64,000 nucleotides of DNA from Selaginella moellendorffii (Eukaryota > Plantae > Lycopodiophyta): the NCBI RefSeq assembly GCF_000143415.4, contig NW_003314380.1, positions 82,924 to 146,923 of the forward strand, in the 5' to 3' direction. Shown here piece after piece: positions 12,816-25,300 of the stretch (positions are counted from its first letter, which is position 1; each line of letters opens with the position of its first letter). The translations under genes were made by a program, and so were the position numbers. The notes under the pieces were generated by a model that saw only the letters and a list, made by a program, of their open reading frames with translations, ran no database searches and had not been told where the DNA came from.

Positions 12816-15268
12816 GTTATCTTATGTTTTCTAATTCTAAATGATCGGTGTGGTATATGGCGACATTAGAATCTCACTGCTCTACATGTTTAGTAGCACT
12901 TTTCTTGGCAGTTTGTAATTAATATATTTGATTATTTAAATAATTTCTTAATTAATTCATGAGTAAACCTTAAAAATATCTTTAAGTTTAAGAAATAAAA
13001 GAGAATATTATTTTTAGAAGTATAAAGTTCCTCTTATGTAAAAATTTCTTAATATATTATTTTATGTCTAGTTTGATGGTAAAACTAAAGGATTGGATAT
13101 TTTACTTTATCTTTCCTCATCTCTTATGATTTGTTACTGCAAAGTATTATTTTTATATTGATATAAAGCAGCATTAAAGGTAGTTTATTCATGATATAAA
13201 AATAAACATCTAATATATAAGGAGAAAGATAAAAAAGAAACACCAGCTACTTACTTTAGTCCTTTATATATATACAACCAAAGCAAAACTTTTGGCACAA
13301 ATAACAATCAATAAGGGAAAGTTATTATTTCATGTATATATCTAATACATGAAGAGTCTAATGTATATAACCATAGCTTAAATCTTGCTAAAGTATTATA
13401 TACTCAATCAATTCAATATTATGTATAAAATTGATGTTTCTTCTTTGATCTAAAATAATAGAAAAATTACCTTTTCTTCATCATCTGTGCATTTGTTAGA
13501 TTATGTCAATTTATATTCTCTTAATATATCCAGAATCATTCTTTGCTCTGGTGCAGATGGGAAACTTTGGGAAGGATTTGGCTTATAAAGTTTAATATAA
13601 ATGTGAGAGCAATCTAGATAAATTTATTTATGTATGTTCTTAAATGAAAAACTAGATACATAATAGAAATTATAATATTGTTTCATTAAACTATGAATGT
13701 TAGAGCTATCATTACACCTCAGATGAAAAGCATTTAACTCAGTATGAATTAAAATTATAACTTCACCAAAAATATTACAGAATTGAAAACCTATTATTCT
13801 TTAGTTTTGTAAAACTTAACTGTTTTTAAAGCTTGGATGTGTTTTGGTTGTATAAAGGCAATAAAAACTGTTAATTTTGAAGTTCATGATGCTAAAAGAA
13901 GTAGCTTGCATTATTATCTAATTGCATTATTTACATTATTATGTATTTCTCTAGAGATGAATAGTAGCAAATTTCTAAATAAATTTAACCATGCATAGAA
14001 TTAAAATTCTCACATGCAAAATTAGAAAAGAAAATTGCTATATCTTCTAGCAGAGATAGGGTCCCTACTAGTCTTATGTATATTTTATTCTTGGCTATGG
14101 TTTAGGAGGATATTTTTTGAATTTGACCCATGTTCTACCACCCAAAACATGCCACATAGACCTCTCCTGTGATAGAGAGTGTACATCTCTTGTTGCCATG
14201 GACAAATCGGGCTCCTAAACTTTTGGGGTTCAAACACTAACTGAGAAAGTTGTATTTGTTTCATAAGTAAAATCTTAAATCAGTTCTAGTATTGAATATT
14301 TATTTGTTCCAAGAGTAATGAAGTTATGTGGGCTTCTTTGGTAACACATCTGCCTTCTTCAAGTGCATTTGTATCACTGTCACATAAAACATATATCTGC
14401 CTTTGTAAACACCAAAGATTGCGTTGAAGTCGAAATCTTCCACATCTTTCACAAACTTCAATTGTGTACTCCTTAACCCGCCAGTTGGGCTTAGCCGTCC
14501 GATGCCACCATCCTACGGCCCAATTTTTATCTTGGAGAAAATCTCCAACGTAATAGACGAATCCCCTGCCGAGCTAGAAAACGAGCGCTGATTCCCGCTC
14601 TCTCTTCCTGCCTGTTGGGGCTGTACCGCCCCTTGGGTTTTGGGGGGATTTCCCGTTCAATGCTGTGCCTGAGGCATTCAATGGCAAGCTTAATAGCCAG
14701 GAGTTTAATTCCTGGCTTCAGCTTCGCGACCAGCAGGAGGACAACGAGTCCTGCGATCGGCGCTAAAGCATGGTGATGCGCCAATGTCATTGCACCAGCG
14801 TTTCTTGTCAGAGATGGAGGGAAGAGTTCTACTGCAAGTTCCCAAGAAGGCCGTTGTCATGCTGCTGCTGATCTTCTTGGGGACTTGCATTTCTAGAAGG
14901 TAGAAGAAGAGGTCCAGCTGACTGAAAGGTATGGTTATAGAAAAAGACATGTCCACCCCATAGCTTCAACGGAGAAGCTCGAAGAATGGTGGAAGAGAAC
15001 AATAAATTCCCATACCCCACAGTAAGATTCTTGCTTCTTTTTCTCTTTTATTTTTCCCGTACAGAAACTAACAATAGCTCAATCAGCTCGAAAGAGACAG
15101 GTTTGACTATGGAGACGCAGTCTGGCCAGACCCCGAGCCTGGACTCATAGCTGGTAATCTTAGAATTGATTGTGTACCTAAGCACAGCTTTGAAAGTTTT
15201 GTATCCCCACTGAGAATGTTGTCTACTTATACAAAATAATTGTATGTACATTTAGCATTGTTTCTTTG

Positions 15269-18200
15269 TTACTCCTTCTCCCAGACTTGGTAATCGCTGC
15301 CTTGACCAACGCTTCGTTTCCAATTTCCAATGAGATCGTTCTGCTTGGATGGGTTCCAATCGAAGCGACCGAGTTTCACCACCAGCTGCTCCCCAACTTT
15401 CGCAACGTAGCCATCGTTATTTGCGTGGAAGATTTTTACAGGACTCCGGCAGTTGATGCCAGTGCGATTCCTTGCTGCGATGAGATCCACAATGGGATCA
15501 CGCAGCCCAAAGTCATAAAAGTGATCGTAGAAGATCACAGGCTGTGGCAACAAATAAAGGTGAGGAAAAACGCACTGCAATATATTCGTTTCAAAGAGAA
15601 ACTTACAGTTCCAGGATGTGTTAGTATGTATGCGTAGCCTTGAAGGAGTTTGTCACGAGGAAATGGCCAATGACCCTGTGCCGGAATAAAAACTTTCAGT
15701 CACTTGAGGAACTCATGCAAGACGGCGTACCTGAGTTGATCCTGTGTCGTGGTTCTCAAGGAATGTTACCGCTCTCGAAGGCCACCAGCCCATAACACCA
15801 GGGGGTTTCTGTCGTGGATCAATGAGTCTCCAGTACTCGTTGTGCAATGCGGCATGAAGAATGCCCTGTAAAACAGATCAGTCAGGCACATTCTTTTCTA
15901 GTTTTGGGTGCACACCTTTGTTGTCACGTCGAAAGCAGAGGAAGTTCCTCCAGTTGCATTGATCCAATCGATGATACGTTGTCTATGAGCATCTTTACGC
16001 AGAAGAAAAGATAAACATTAGATGAGGTAAGTCATGGATTTATCCTCAGGCTTACCCTGGTTATATGCAACGTTTCCACCTTCGTACAGCAAACTGTCCC
16101 AGTACTCGCCGATCGCAAAAGCAGGTTCACTGGCTTCAATATATTCTTTCACGTAACCTCCCCAAAATCCCCTGTGTTTAACGAGAGAGAGTGTGAATCG
16201 ATATATAGCATCAAGTTGTCTAGACCGCTTACCTGACAAAGTCTAAACGCCAGCCATCATATCCAATCTCTGTTTTCAGCCAATCCAAGTATTCTTTGAT
16301 GTCCTTTCGAACGAAGGCCTGGGAGTGATCAATATTGGGAGCAGCATGGAAAATATCACCTGAATACGTTAAAAGATGTTAAATAACTGTTGAAGAAAAT
16401 GCTGAACTTACCGCTAGAAGGATTTCCTCGCCCTTGAAAGTTTGGATCATCGTTCACTATAGCCTCTGGTCCCCAAGAAAGCTTTCCTCCAAAAATATTC
16501 CAGACGCCATTTGAATTCTGTGATTTTTGTCGCTCAAAAACAGTCAAAATTACTGGTGAGAGGACACACAATGCTGCTTACTTGTTTGCCGGCACACCGG
16601 TGATTCAACACAACATCACCTAAGACCTGTGCGCATTTAGAATAGTTAGAAAGCACCTTCAGGCCACTAGTTGAGTTTACCAAAAGGTCGTGCTTGTGCA
16701 TTTCTTGAATACAATGTTTTAACTCGTCCATGGATCCGTATGCTGAATTGAGGTTGTAGAGATCCACCGGCATGTAGCCTACACAATAGAAAAAAAAAAC
16801 TTGATCCGTTACTCTGTTCGGCACCCGATTATTGACATGATACCTTGTGGAGCGACGGATTCTGTAGGTGGAGGAAACCACACAGTTGTTATGCCGGACT
16901 GCGAAAGATCAGCAGCTTTTGGCGCCAGGTCCTGATACCATCTCTTGCGGCAACTCTCCCAATTGAAGCCTTGAAACTTAAAACAGAAAGAAGAATCTAA
17001 TGATTTTTTGCAAAACAAGGCTCAGCAATATACATACCACGATTTCACGACCAGACCCTGTCCCTGATTCTGTAGGACGAACAAAGTGAGATGAAAGATT
17101 ATAAAGAGGAAAGAAAGAAAAGAAGATCACTGTACCAGAAAAGAGAACGTACCAGGCTTTTCTTTTATCACTCTTCCTTTCCTCTTTGTAATAGTTGTTT
17201 GACCAAGAGCCTGCTCCAGGTCCCTTCGTTGTTTGTCCAGAGTTTCCTTCGCTACCACGTCCTTGGAAAACAAGTCATCTTGCTTCACTTTCGCCTTTGC
17301 AACGGACCATACTTCCTCCAACGAAGGAAGCTCAAGAGGTTTCGAGGTCTCTGTATCCGCAGAAACTGTTGTCTGATGTCTAGGAGGAATTCCTTGCATT
17401 GCTGCTTGTATTCTCTTCTTCATCCAATCTGGTATCTCCCTTCGTGGACCACCTTCAACGAGTTCTGCGATCTTATCTCCGCCTAGCAGTGCCGTCATAC
17501 GACCATCTGAAAATACCACTGACCACTCAGCATCGGATCTCTGAAGCAACCCCTCGCTATTGAGGGCTCTCTCCTTCCAAGCCAGTAGCGAGGCTTCGGA
17601 AGCAGCAAGCGCGTTCTCGAAAGCTTGAAACCTTCGCAAATTCGCTTGCTCTTTAATTTTCTTGGCTTTCTCGGACGCCTCCATGGCTGCTTGTAGAGCT
17701 GCTAGCTGCGCCTCGAAAGCAACCTTGAGCGACTCCTCCCTAGCGCTTGCGGTGGCTCTGAGCGACTCAACTGCCTCGTTAAACATGGAAGCGCGCTCTT
17801 GAGCAGCATCCCCGACTTTCTGACGGAGCTCCTGAACAGTAACGTCCGCCTTGGCAGCTCGAGCCTCCGCAACTTCGGCTTGAGACTTTGCAGCGTCGGC
17901 AGCAAATTGGAGTCGCGAGAGATCGTCCTTTGCAATCTCCAGTTGTTTCTCGAGAGAAGCCACCGATTCTTCCAGAGTCGACAGCAGAAGCTCTGGCTTC
18001 GGCACCTTCTCAAGCAGCAGGAGCTTCTGTGCTAGAGTTTCTTCCGCCCGCTGTGCACACTCCTTGGCCGTCTCTAGCGCCTTTCGAGCCTCATCTGCTA
18101 CAGATTCGAGCTCCGTAGCCACCGATACAGCCGCGTCACTGGCAGCATCTTTGACAGTCTTCTCCACAGTAAGATTCGCGTCGGCAACCGACGTCCTTTC

Positions 18201-18822
18201 CACCACGTCTTTGAGCTTTGCACTGCGCCTCGATATCTCCTCCAGTACAAACTCGGCAATCTTCTGGACCTTCTTGTTGATGTCTTTGACGTTTTGTTTC
18301 TCCAGCGCAGCAATCTTCTCTTGCAAAACGTTTCCCAGCTCCGACTTGAGTGACTCATTGCTCCAGTCACTCGTAGACGCAGACATTTGCTTTGTCACTA
18401 TCTTCCTCTTGCTATCCTCCACTACCGGTGAATCACGTTGCAATGCAGCACTGGAACACGAATTCAAAAAGAAGTGAGACACGTCTAAAGCTTAAAGGCA
18501 AATGGGAAAAAAGTAAAGAAATTTACTTCACAAAATGTTGCGTATAGCTCAAACGCTTCTGGATACCGGTGGCTCGTCCTCCCTGCCGATTTCCGGGTAT
18601 GAACTGCGAGGAAACAGTGAATCAATATCCACAGAAGAGATTGATCGACATCTAAATGCGAGGCGAGAGAATGCGGCGCTATCGATCCTGCCAAAACCCT
18701 CGACGCACTGGATCCGTCGCAATCGGACCTCCAGACACCGCGCGCGCAAGCGCCCCCGCGACACAAGCCGCTTTACATACCGTGGAGCATCTGTGAGGCC
18801 GAATCACGGCAGCCGACGCCAT
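15269..18822 (-). CDS. Alpha-amylase (GH13) with long N-terminal coiled-coil extension, multi-exon
   Basis: Exons give [63 protein letters not shown] and the C-terminus DYQVWEKE* (15269). A ~1.3-kb exon (17150-18450) encodes an Ala/Glu/Lys-rich coiled coil. The start codon (ATG at 18822, MASAAVIRP) is uncertain. Confidence 0.9.
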
Positions 18823-19177
18823 AGCTCCGCCTCGCCCTTGTTCTGCCTTGACGATCCTGGAAGTAATAATATAAAGACCTCAAGGAATGTAAGGAAAACG
18901 CGCACAGCCATTGCGATGCAAGCACGTGGCGCAACAGGATGCATTTGGGGCGCTTTACACTTTTCCACAGCCATATCTCCTCTCGCTTTTTGCCAACGTG
19001 GATCAACGACGTGTCAGACTTGACCTCCAATCAATGCAGGAAAAATGTTGCATGGATATTCTAAGAGATAGGCTCGTGGGTTTCTAAATTTAGAGATAGA
19101 AACTATAGCATGGTTGATCATACAATCGAACAAGGAGACATTGAAAGAGATAGAAACTATAGCTCGCTCATGGTTGA

Positions 19178-20494
19178 TCACTTCCTTACGTAGGCAAAGT
19201 ATTGGAGCATAGGAACCACGAAGGCGATGACGAGAAGGCCCACAACCACTGTCGTGAACTGGCCACGCTTTTCCTCGGTCTCTTTCTTGGTCTTGAAATT
19301 GGATTCGCGTTTGTTCTCCTGGAACTTGGGGCCGCCTGGATCTGGCAGCCCGTCTATGGCGGCGATCAGACGATTGCAAGTGCTGTAGAGGGCTTCGTTA
19401 TACTTCTCGTCGGTCGCCAGCACTGGAAGGAGGCCAAGAGAGTGATTAGAAATAAGAAACATGAAAAGAGTACTGACTAGAAACATCTCTAGATGTTAAG
19501 AAACAGTAGTTCAATCTAGCTATCAAACTGACTAGAAACCGCTGTGACTTTGATCTAGAAAAACCATAGAGGAGAAGGATTTGCTAGTTTGAAGAAGTAT
19601 AACGAGCTGAGAGGAGTGATATGATCTAGAGACTTGAAAGAATTCGTACCAGGAAGGTTTTCGGAGACGACGGCTTCGAGGATCTGGTCACCGATTGCCT
19701 TGGTGAACTCTGGGCCGCCGGTGACAGCGCCTTCTTTCTGTGTTGTCACGAGTAAAACGAGTCCTTTGTTGTTGCCAACTTCTACAGTAGGGTACCACTT
19801 CTCCAGTAGCTGATCCGCAAATTCGAACGCATCGGCTTTACTCTACACGCACACTGTTTGTAAGTTAGTCTCCGTTCCAAGAAAATGGCATTCAATCAAG
19901 GAGAGATGAAAGAAACAAGGCGATGCATGAATCAGGATCATGAAAAAATCGCGGGGGACAATCTAGAAGAACACAAACTACCTAAAGGATCGCCATGGAG
20001 ACATTGCCTCAATTCACACAAACCACTCGAGAGCAATCATCAAGCAGAGAAAGCACAAGAACAAAAAAATAGACAACACGGAAGGATGGAAGTGAACTTA
20101 CCGTCAATTTGCGAAGAGTGACAATGTCGATGTGAAAACCCTTGCGCTCCTCCAAATCCGTGAGAAGATTCTTGATATCCGACTTGTTGACACGGCTCAC
20201 AACACCGGCATCGTCCACGAGATGGCTCTCCGTGGGAGGTCCATTCGCCAGCACGCTGAATTCGTTCGCATTTGCTGGAAGCACTGGCACCGCTGAGATC
20301 TGGAGCGCCCCAGCTATAGCAAACGCCGCCGCAGCTTGAAGCGCTGGCACCGCTCTCGAATCTGGGGAAGAACGCATTGCTGCCCTAGCACTTACCTGCA
20401 TTCGAGGAGAGGATTGGCGGCATCTTCTAGAGTTCTTCCCCAGGATTGAAGATGCCGCGATCGATGCTTGCTGCGGCAATGTGAGCGTCGCCAT
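19178..20494 (-). CDS. TLP18.3: Thylakoid lumen protein TLP18.3 / Psb32-like (TPM domain), 3 exons
   Basis: Bipartite transit peptide, then ANEFSVL..VDDAGVVSR, KADAFEFADQLLEKWYP, ENLPVLATDEKYNEA, and a C-terminal TM helix VVVGLLVIAFVVPMLQYFAYV. Confidence 0.93.
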
Positions 20495-20742
20495 AGCCGA
20501 TGTAAATATTTCCCTTCGCTAAAGAGGCATTCCCGCCTTATCTATCACAAAGTCATCTCGGCCGTTGGATCAAACCCCACTTTTGAAAGAAGGGCAAGGA
20601 ACTCCCAGCCGTTAGATCAAGGATTTTAACGTGGCGGGGTTGCATGCGTCCACCGAGCGGGTTTAGAGCCCTAACAGGAGGGAATATCAGGAATGCTGGC
20701 AACAGGCGATTGCCGTGCGCTGTGATCGTCCAGATTTTGGGA

Positions 20743-22767
20743 ATGGCGGACACGCGAGGAGCGGCGATTTACAGGCTAGAGGATGTTAAGGCGCATGATA
20801 GCGCCGAGGATTGCTGGCTGGTGATCGCTGGGAAGGTCTACGATGTCACATCCTGGTGAATACGAATCAGGCGTTTCTAGATTTTGGGAGCTAAGTGATT
20901 GCTGTTGCAGGGTCCCGTCTCATCCTGGAGGAAGTATGATCTATTTGCAGGCCGGGCGCGATTCTACTCATCTCTTCGATTCTTATCATCCGCTATATGT
21001 GAGGTACGTCGGTCGATTTGGAAATCTCCAGGCTGTGATGCTGACTCTAAGATCCCAGGAAATTGTTGTCTCGATACTACATTGGTGATTTCCAGGATGA
21101 GAATTACGATAATATCCAGTACATGCAGCCATTCGAAGAGAAGTTCTACACGACCCTCAAAGAACGAGTGGAGTCTTTCTTTGATAAATTCAAGGTAACA
21201 TTTTCTTTTTTCTCATTTCTTGTGGGAATTAAATGATCATTGTGCAGCTGGATGCAAGAGTTCATCCTCATATGTTTCTCAAGTCGGCTCTAATTTTTGT
21301 AGGCTTGATCTTCTGCTACTACACGACTTTCTACAGGCAACAGCACTTTTTGTTTTCACTGCTCTCTGCTGCTGGGATGGGATTTTTCATTGCGGAGATT
21401 GGTTTATCAATCATGCACGATGCGAACCACGGTATTTATTTAGTTGGTTATCTCTCCAACTTGGCTATGTTGTTTCTTACGGCATCCATATTGTTTGTGT
21501 ATTCAGGTGCTTATTCTCGATACCCTCTCCTTGGATATATCATGGGAGCGTCGCTAGATATTGTTGGCGCTAGCAGGTATTTTGTCTTGCAGTTTTAGTT
21601 TCTTCAAAACCAGATTCTGCAGTTTCATGTGGAAATACCAGCATGTTGTGGGACATCACTCTTTTACAAACGTTCACAACTATGATCCTGATATCCGTAA
21701 GTTTCCTGTTCTTTTTTCACCGCCTCCTGTGAACTTCGTAGCTTTGTGTATACCAGGTGTTAAAGATCCTGATATCCGCCGTGTGACAAGCAAACAGCCA
21801 TGGCATGACTACCATATGTATCAAGTAAGACCGCTTCTGAAATCTTATTTACGTGCTAATGTAACTTTTGCAGCACGTCTATCTGGCCATTCTCTATGGC
21901 CTTCTAGCGCTGAAAAGCATCTTTCTCGATGATTTCGTGGCTTATTTTAATGGATGCATTGGACCGTGAGTTTTTCTACGAAAGCCTCTTTCAATAATGA
22001 CTATCGTTGTTTTTCTGCAGTGTAAAGGTGCCCAAAATGACACCCGTTGAATTTCACATTTTTTGGTGGGGCAAGGCTGTGTATGCCACCTACATGCTTG
22101 TCTTGCCCCTACTATTCAGCCATCACAATTTTCTTTCTTTATTAGTTTGTTATCTGGTCTCGCAGGTATGATGTATCCAGACTCTTGTTCATCTATAATT
22201 CACTCTCTACAGCTAGTGACGGGATGGATGCTCGCTTTGCTCTTTCAAGTAGCTCATGTAGTCGAAGAAGCTGAATTCTTCGATGTCGACTGTACCAATG
22301 GTGTCCCAACTTTGTCTTCTGGGTGGGCGGCATTACAGGTAAGAGAAATATACTTGAGCGGATATGTATCCTGCTTGTGATGCAATTTTTTTCCAGGTCA
22401 GGACTACCGCAAACTTCAGTGTCAATTCCTTATTCTGGACGCATGTTAGTGGCGGTTTAAATCACCAGGTATTATTGTTCCTCACTGTCCCTTGATGTAT
22501 CGTAACACTGTTTTCCAGATTGAGCATCACTTATTTCCAGCGATTTGTCATCTTCATTATCCAAGGATTCAACCCATAGTGGAGTCCACGTGCAAAGAGT
22601 TCGGCATCCCTTACCATCGATTCCCAGATGTGAGTGCATTCGTATTGATGGTAGTCCCGCTACATTCTTAACCCTCGTCCTTCTTCCAGGTGTGGACGGC
22701 TCTCAAAGCTCATTTTGCGTACTTGAAGAAAGTTGGGGGAAGTGTCGAATTCAGGTTAGCCGGGTAG
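20743..22767 (+). CDS. Cytochrome b5-fused front-end fatty acid desaturase, delta-5 type, multi-exon
   Basis: HPGG heme motif and histidine boxes HDANH, QHVVGHH and QIEHH. Also NVHNYDPDI and C-terminus KAHFAYLKKVG..RLAG*, which resemble bryophyte delta-5 desaturases. Confidence 0.88.
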
Positions 22768-23129
22768 CCAACAGGAGGGTAATCCACTCGCACTTTCTCC
22801 GATTGTAGGGTACGGATCTTATCTTTTAAGTTCAAATGTGAAAGTTCTTTTCCCATAAGATATTAAAATTGTCAACAGAATCCATAAGAATAATAGTGTT
22901 ATTCTTATTTAGTATTATTATAATTCAATTGGTCAAATTAATTATGCTTTCTTGACAAGGTGTATTTAAATTAAATTTACATCTAAATTTTTACAATGTA
23001 TTTTTAGATTTTTATTAAACTTAATTAATAGTTTATTATTACTTTGAGTAGCTAACTAATAGTTAGCTCATTTATACTTATCTATCTTTTATATCTAATC
23101 CAAATGTGATCTCATAAAACCCTGATAAT

Positions 23130-25300
23130 ACCTCCCTTTTCAAAAATGAGTGGAAGAAGAAGGATGATTATATAAAAAAGTGTGACATTGGCATAAGGAT
23201 GATGGGGCTAAAGAAGATGTAGAATTAGGTTTAAGATGATAATAATAGTGAAAATTTTGAATTTTAAGAAGGCAATGAAAAATATGTTTAACAAGCTCTT
23301 AAGTATGATTAAAAGAACCATAACAAAGCAAATTAAATAATAAAAAATGACACAAATCTGGTGGAGAAGGGGGTGACAATTAAGAATGATATTAGAGTGG
23401 TAAGGTTCAAGAAAATGAATATGAAAAATAAGATGAATTTGATAGGATGGAAAGAAATAAAATTAATTTATTTAAGAATATAAAAATGACCCAAAGTGTT
23501 TGTAATAAAGTCTAAAAGAAGGATATGTAATACATGATAGCAAAATAGTCAAACTTGATTTCCAAATTTAATCCTCCTCCTCCATTTCTCTCTTGCCTTT
23601 GAAATCTTTTTTGATTCCTGTTAAAATATCTAGTTCTTAACACCTCTAACATATCTAAAATTTCTACAAAGTTTATTGATTGCTATTGCCAACCTATCCC
23701 TATATATAAGGTAACTAAGGAAACATCTCAAGAACTACATCAAGGTCTAGATGGTATGTTTAGTTTGACTATCATCTCAGCCAAGGATAAGTTGCACTTA
23801 ACCCTATGTAATTTGAGAAAATTATCTCAATGAGGAAATAATTTAAAGTTATAATCACTTATAATGTTCTAAAGAATGCCATGTAAGTGAAAAATCTCTT
23901 TGAACACCAACTAAGGAATTCTTTCCCTAGTGATAAATTTGGTATATGGAAGGAAATAGGCCATCTTTGTGAACATATTAGCCACCACCAAAAGACTATC
24001 AAATTTCTAGGAAGGTTAATCAAGAAATCCATTAAAATAAATTATCATAATCCAAGAGGAATAAAAAGAGGTTGGAGCAACCTTAAAAAAGCATGTCAAA
24101 AATTATTATTGCCAAAATGTCTAACAGTTGAGATTGTAAAACTAATCACTAAACATCCCCTTCAAGAATGTAAAAAAGAAGTTCTTACAAACTTGATGCA
24201 AGTGATTAAGTTGGAGATGAGAAAAACCTTAATAGCAAATGAATCACTCTATAAAGAGTTTTGAACAATATTGAATAACTAACGTTAAAGAAATTTAAGC
24301 CAATAAAGCCTAATATTACAAATTGAAAGGTAGGTTTTAAGTTCAAGTATGATCACCTAGGCAGGCTTATAATGCATCATAAGGTCAAAGTGAGAAAAAA
24401 ATTAAGCTTACTAAGCTTGACATTGATTGATAACCCAAGTAGTTAAGAAATACTTAAAGCTCTTATAATTATTCCACACCACAGTCTAATGTTGTGGGCT
24501 CTCAAGAAAACATTGCCACTTCTCAAAATAATAAACAATTTACAATAATTCTTTATTATAAATCTTTGTTAACTAAAACTTTCTAGAATGGAAAGCTATA
24601 GAATGTAGCTTGCCATCCTCACCAAGTTGGGATAACACACTCCCAAAGCAAAGTCAAAGATATTAGCTTGCATAAAAAAATGGTTTTATAGATTTATATA
24701 AAGAGGCATTGTTATTGAAGTAAAGACAACTAAGAAAAATAATTTGCCATAGAAATGCCATGAGGTATGATTATATATCCCAAGATCTCCAAGACCATGT
24801 TTTTCTAGCATCTTGAGAACCAAGCAAATATGTTAGTCATGTGTTTGCTTGAATTCAAGATAAACAAGAATATCATTAAGGTACATAATCACCATTTTAT
24901 TGAGGAGCTTTCAAAAGACGTTATTGGTTATATATTAGAATCGGTAGGAGCATTAGTTAGCCCAAATGTATTATAAAGTACTTGAAATATCCATAGTGTG
25001 TTCAAAAAGTAGTTTTCTACTCATCACTAAAGCGAATCTGAATAAGATTATAAGCACTACAAAGCTAGCACCACCAAGTCTATAAAAAAACCTAGGGAAA
25101 AGGATTTTGTTTTGGACTAAAACTGCATTCAAACCTTAATAGTCAAATACAAACCTAAGAATTCCATCCTTCTTTTTGACAAGAAAATAAAAACACCTAC
25201 AAGAAATTAAGAGTGATAAATATAACCTTTATCAAGATTCTTACAAATGTATTCTTGATTTGCAATAAACTTGAAACAATGATTGGTTCTTATGGCGGCT
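23130..25300 (-). mobile_element. Decayed Ty3/gypsy pol (RT-RH-INT)
   Basis: Minus strand: KTTF*THYGYFKY...FGLTNAP (~24940-25020, RT), LLQPLFIP..MDFLINLP..FDSLLVVANMFTKMAYFLP (~23940-24085, integrase), IHLIFHIHFL (~23410-23440), PPT-like GAAAAGGGAGG near 23130. Confidence 0.8.

Noticed and set aside
13200-13950. Possible hAT-like transposase relic (FSIILD on the minus strand)
   Set aside because: A single weak motif in very AT-rich DNA.
23887-24264. 125-aa plus-strand ORF
   Set aside because: Antisense shadow of a decayed gypsy integrase on the minus strand.
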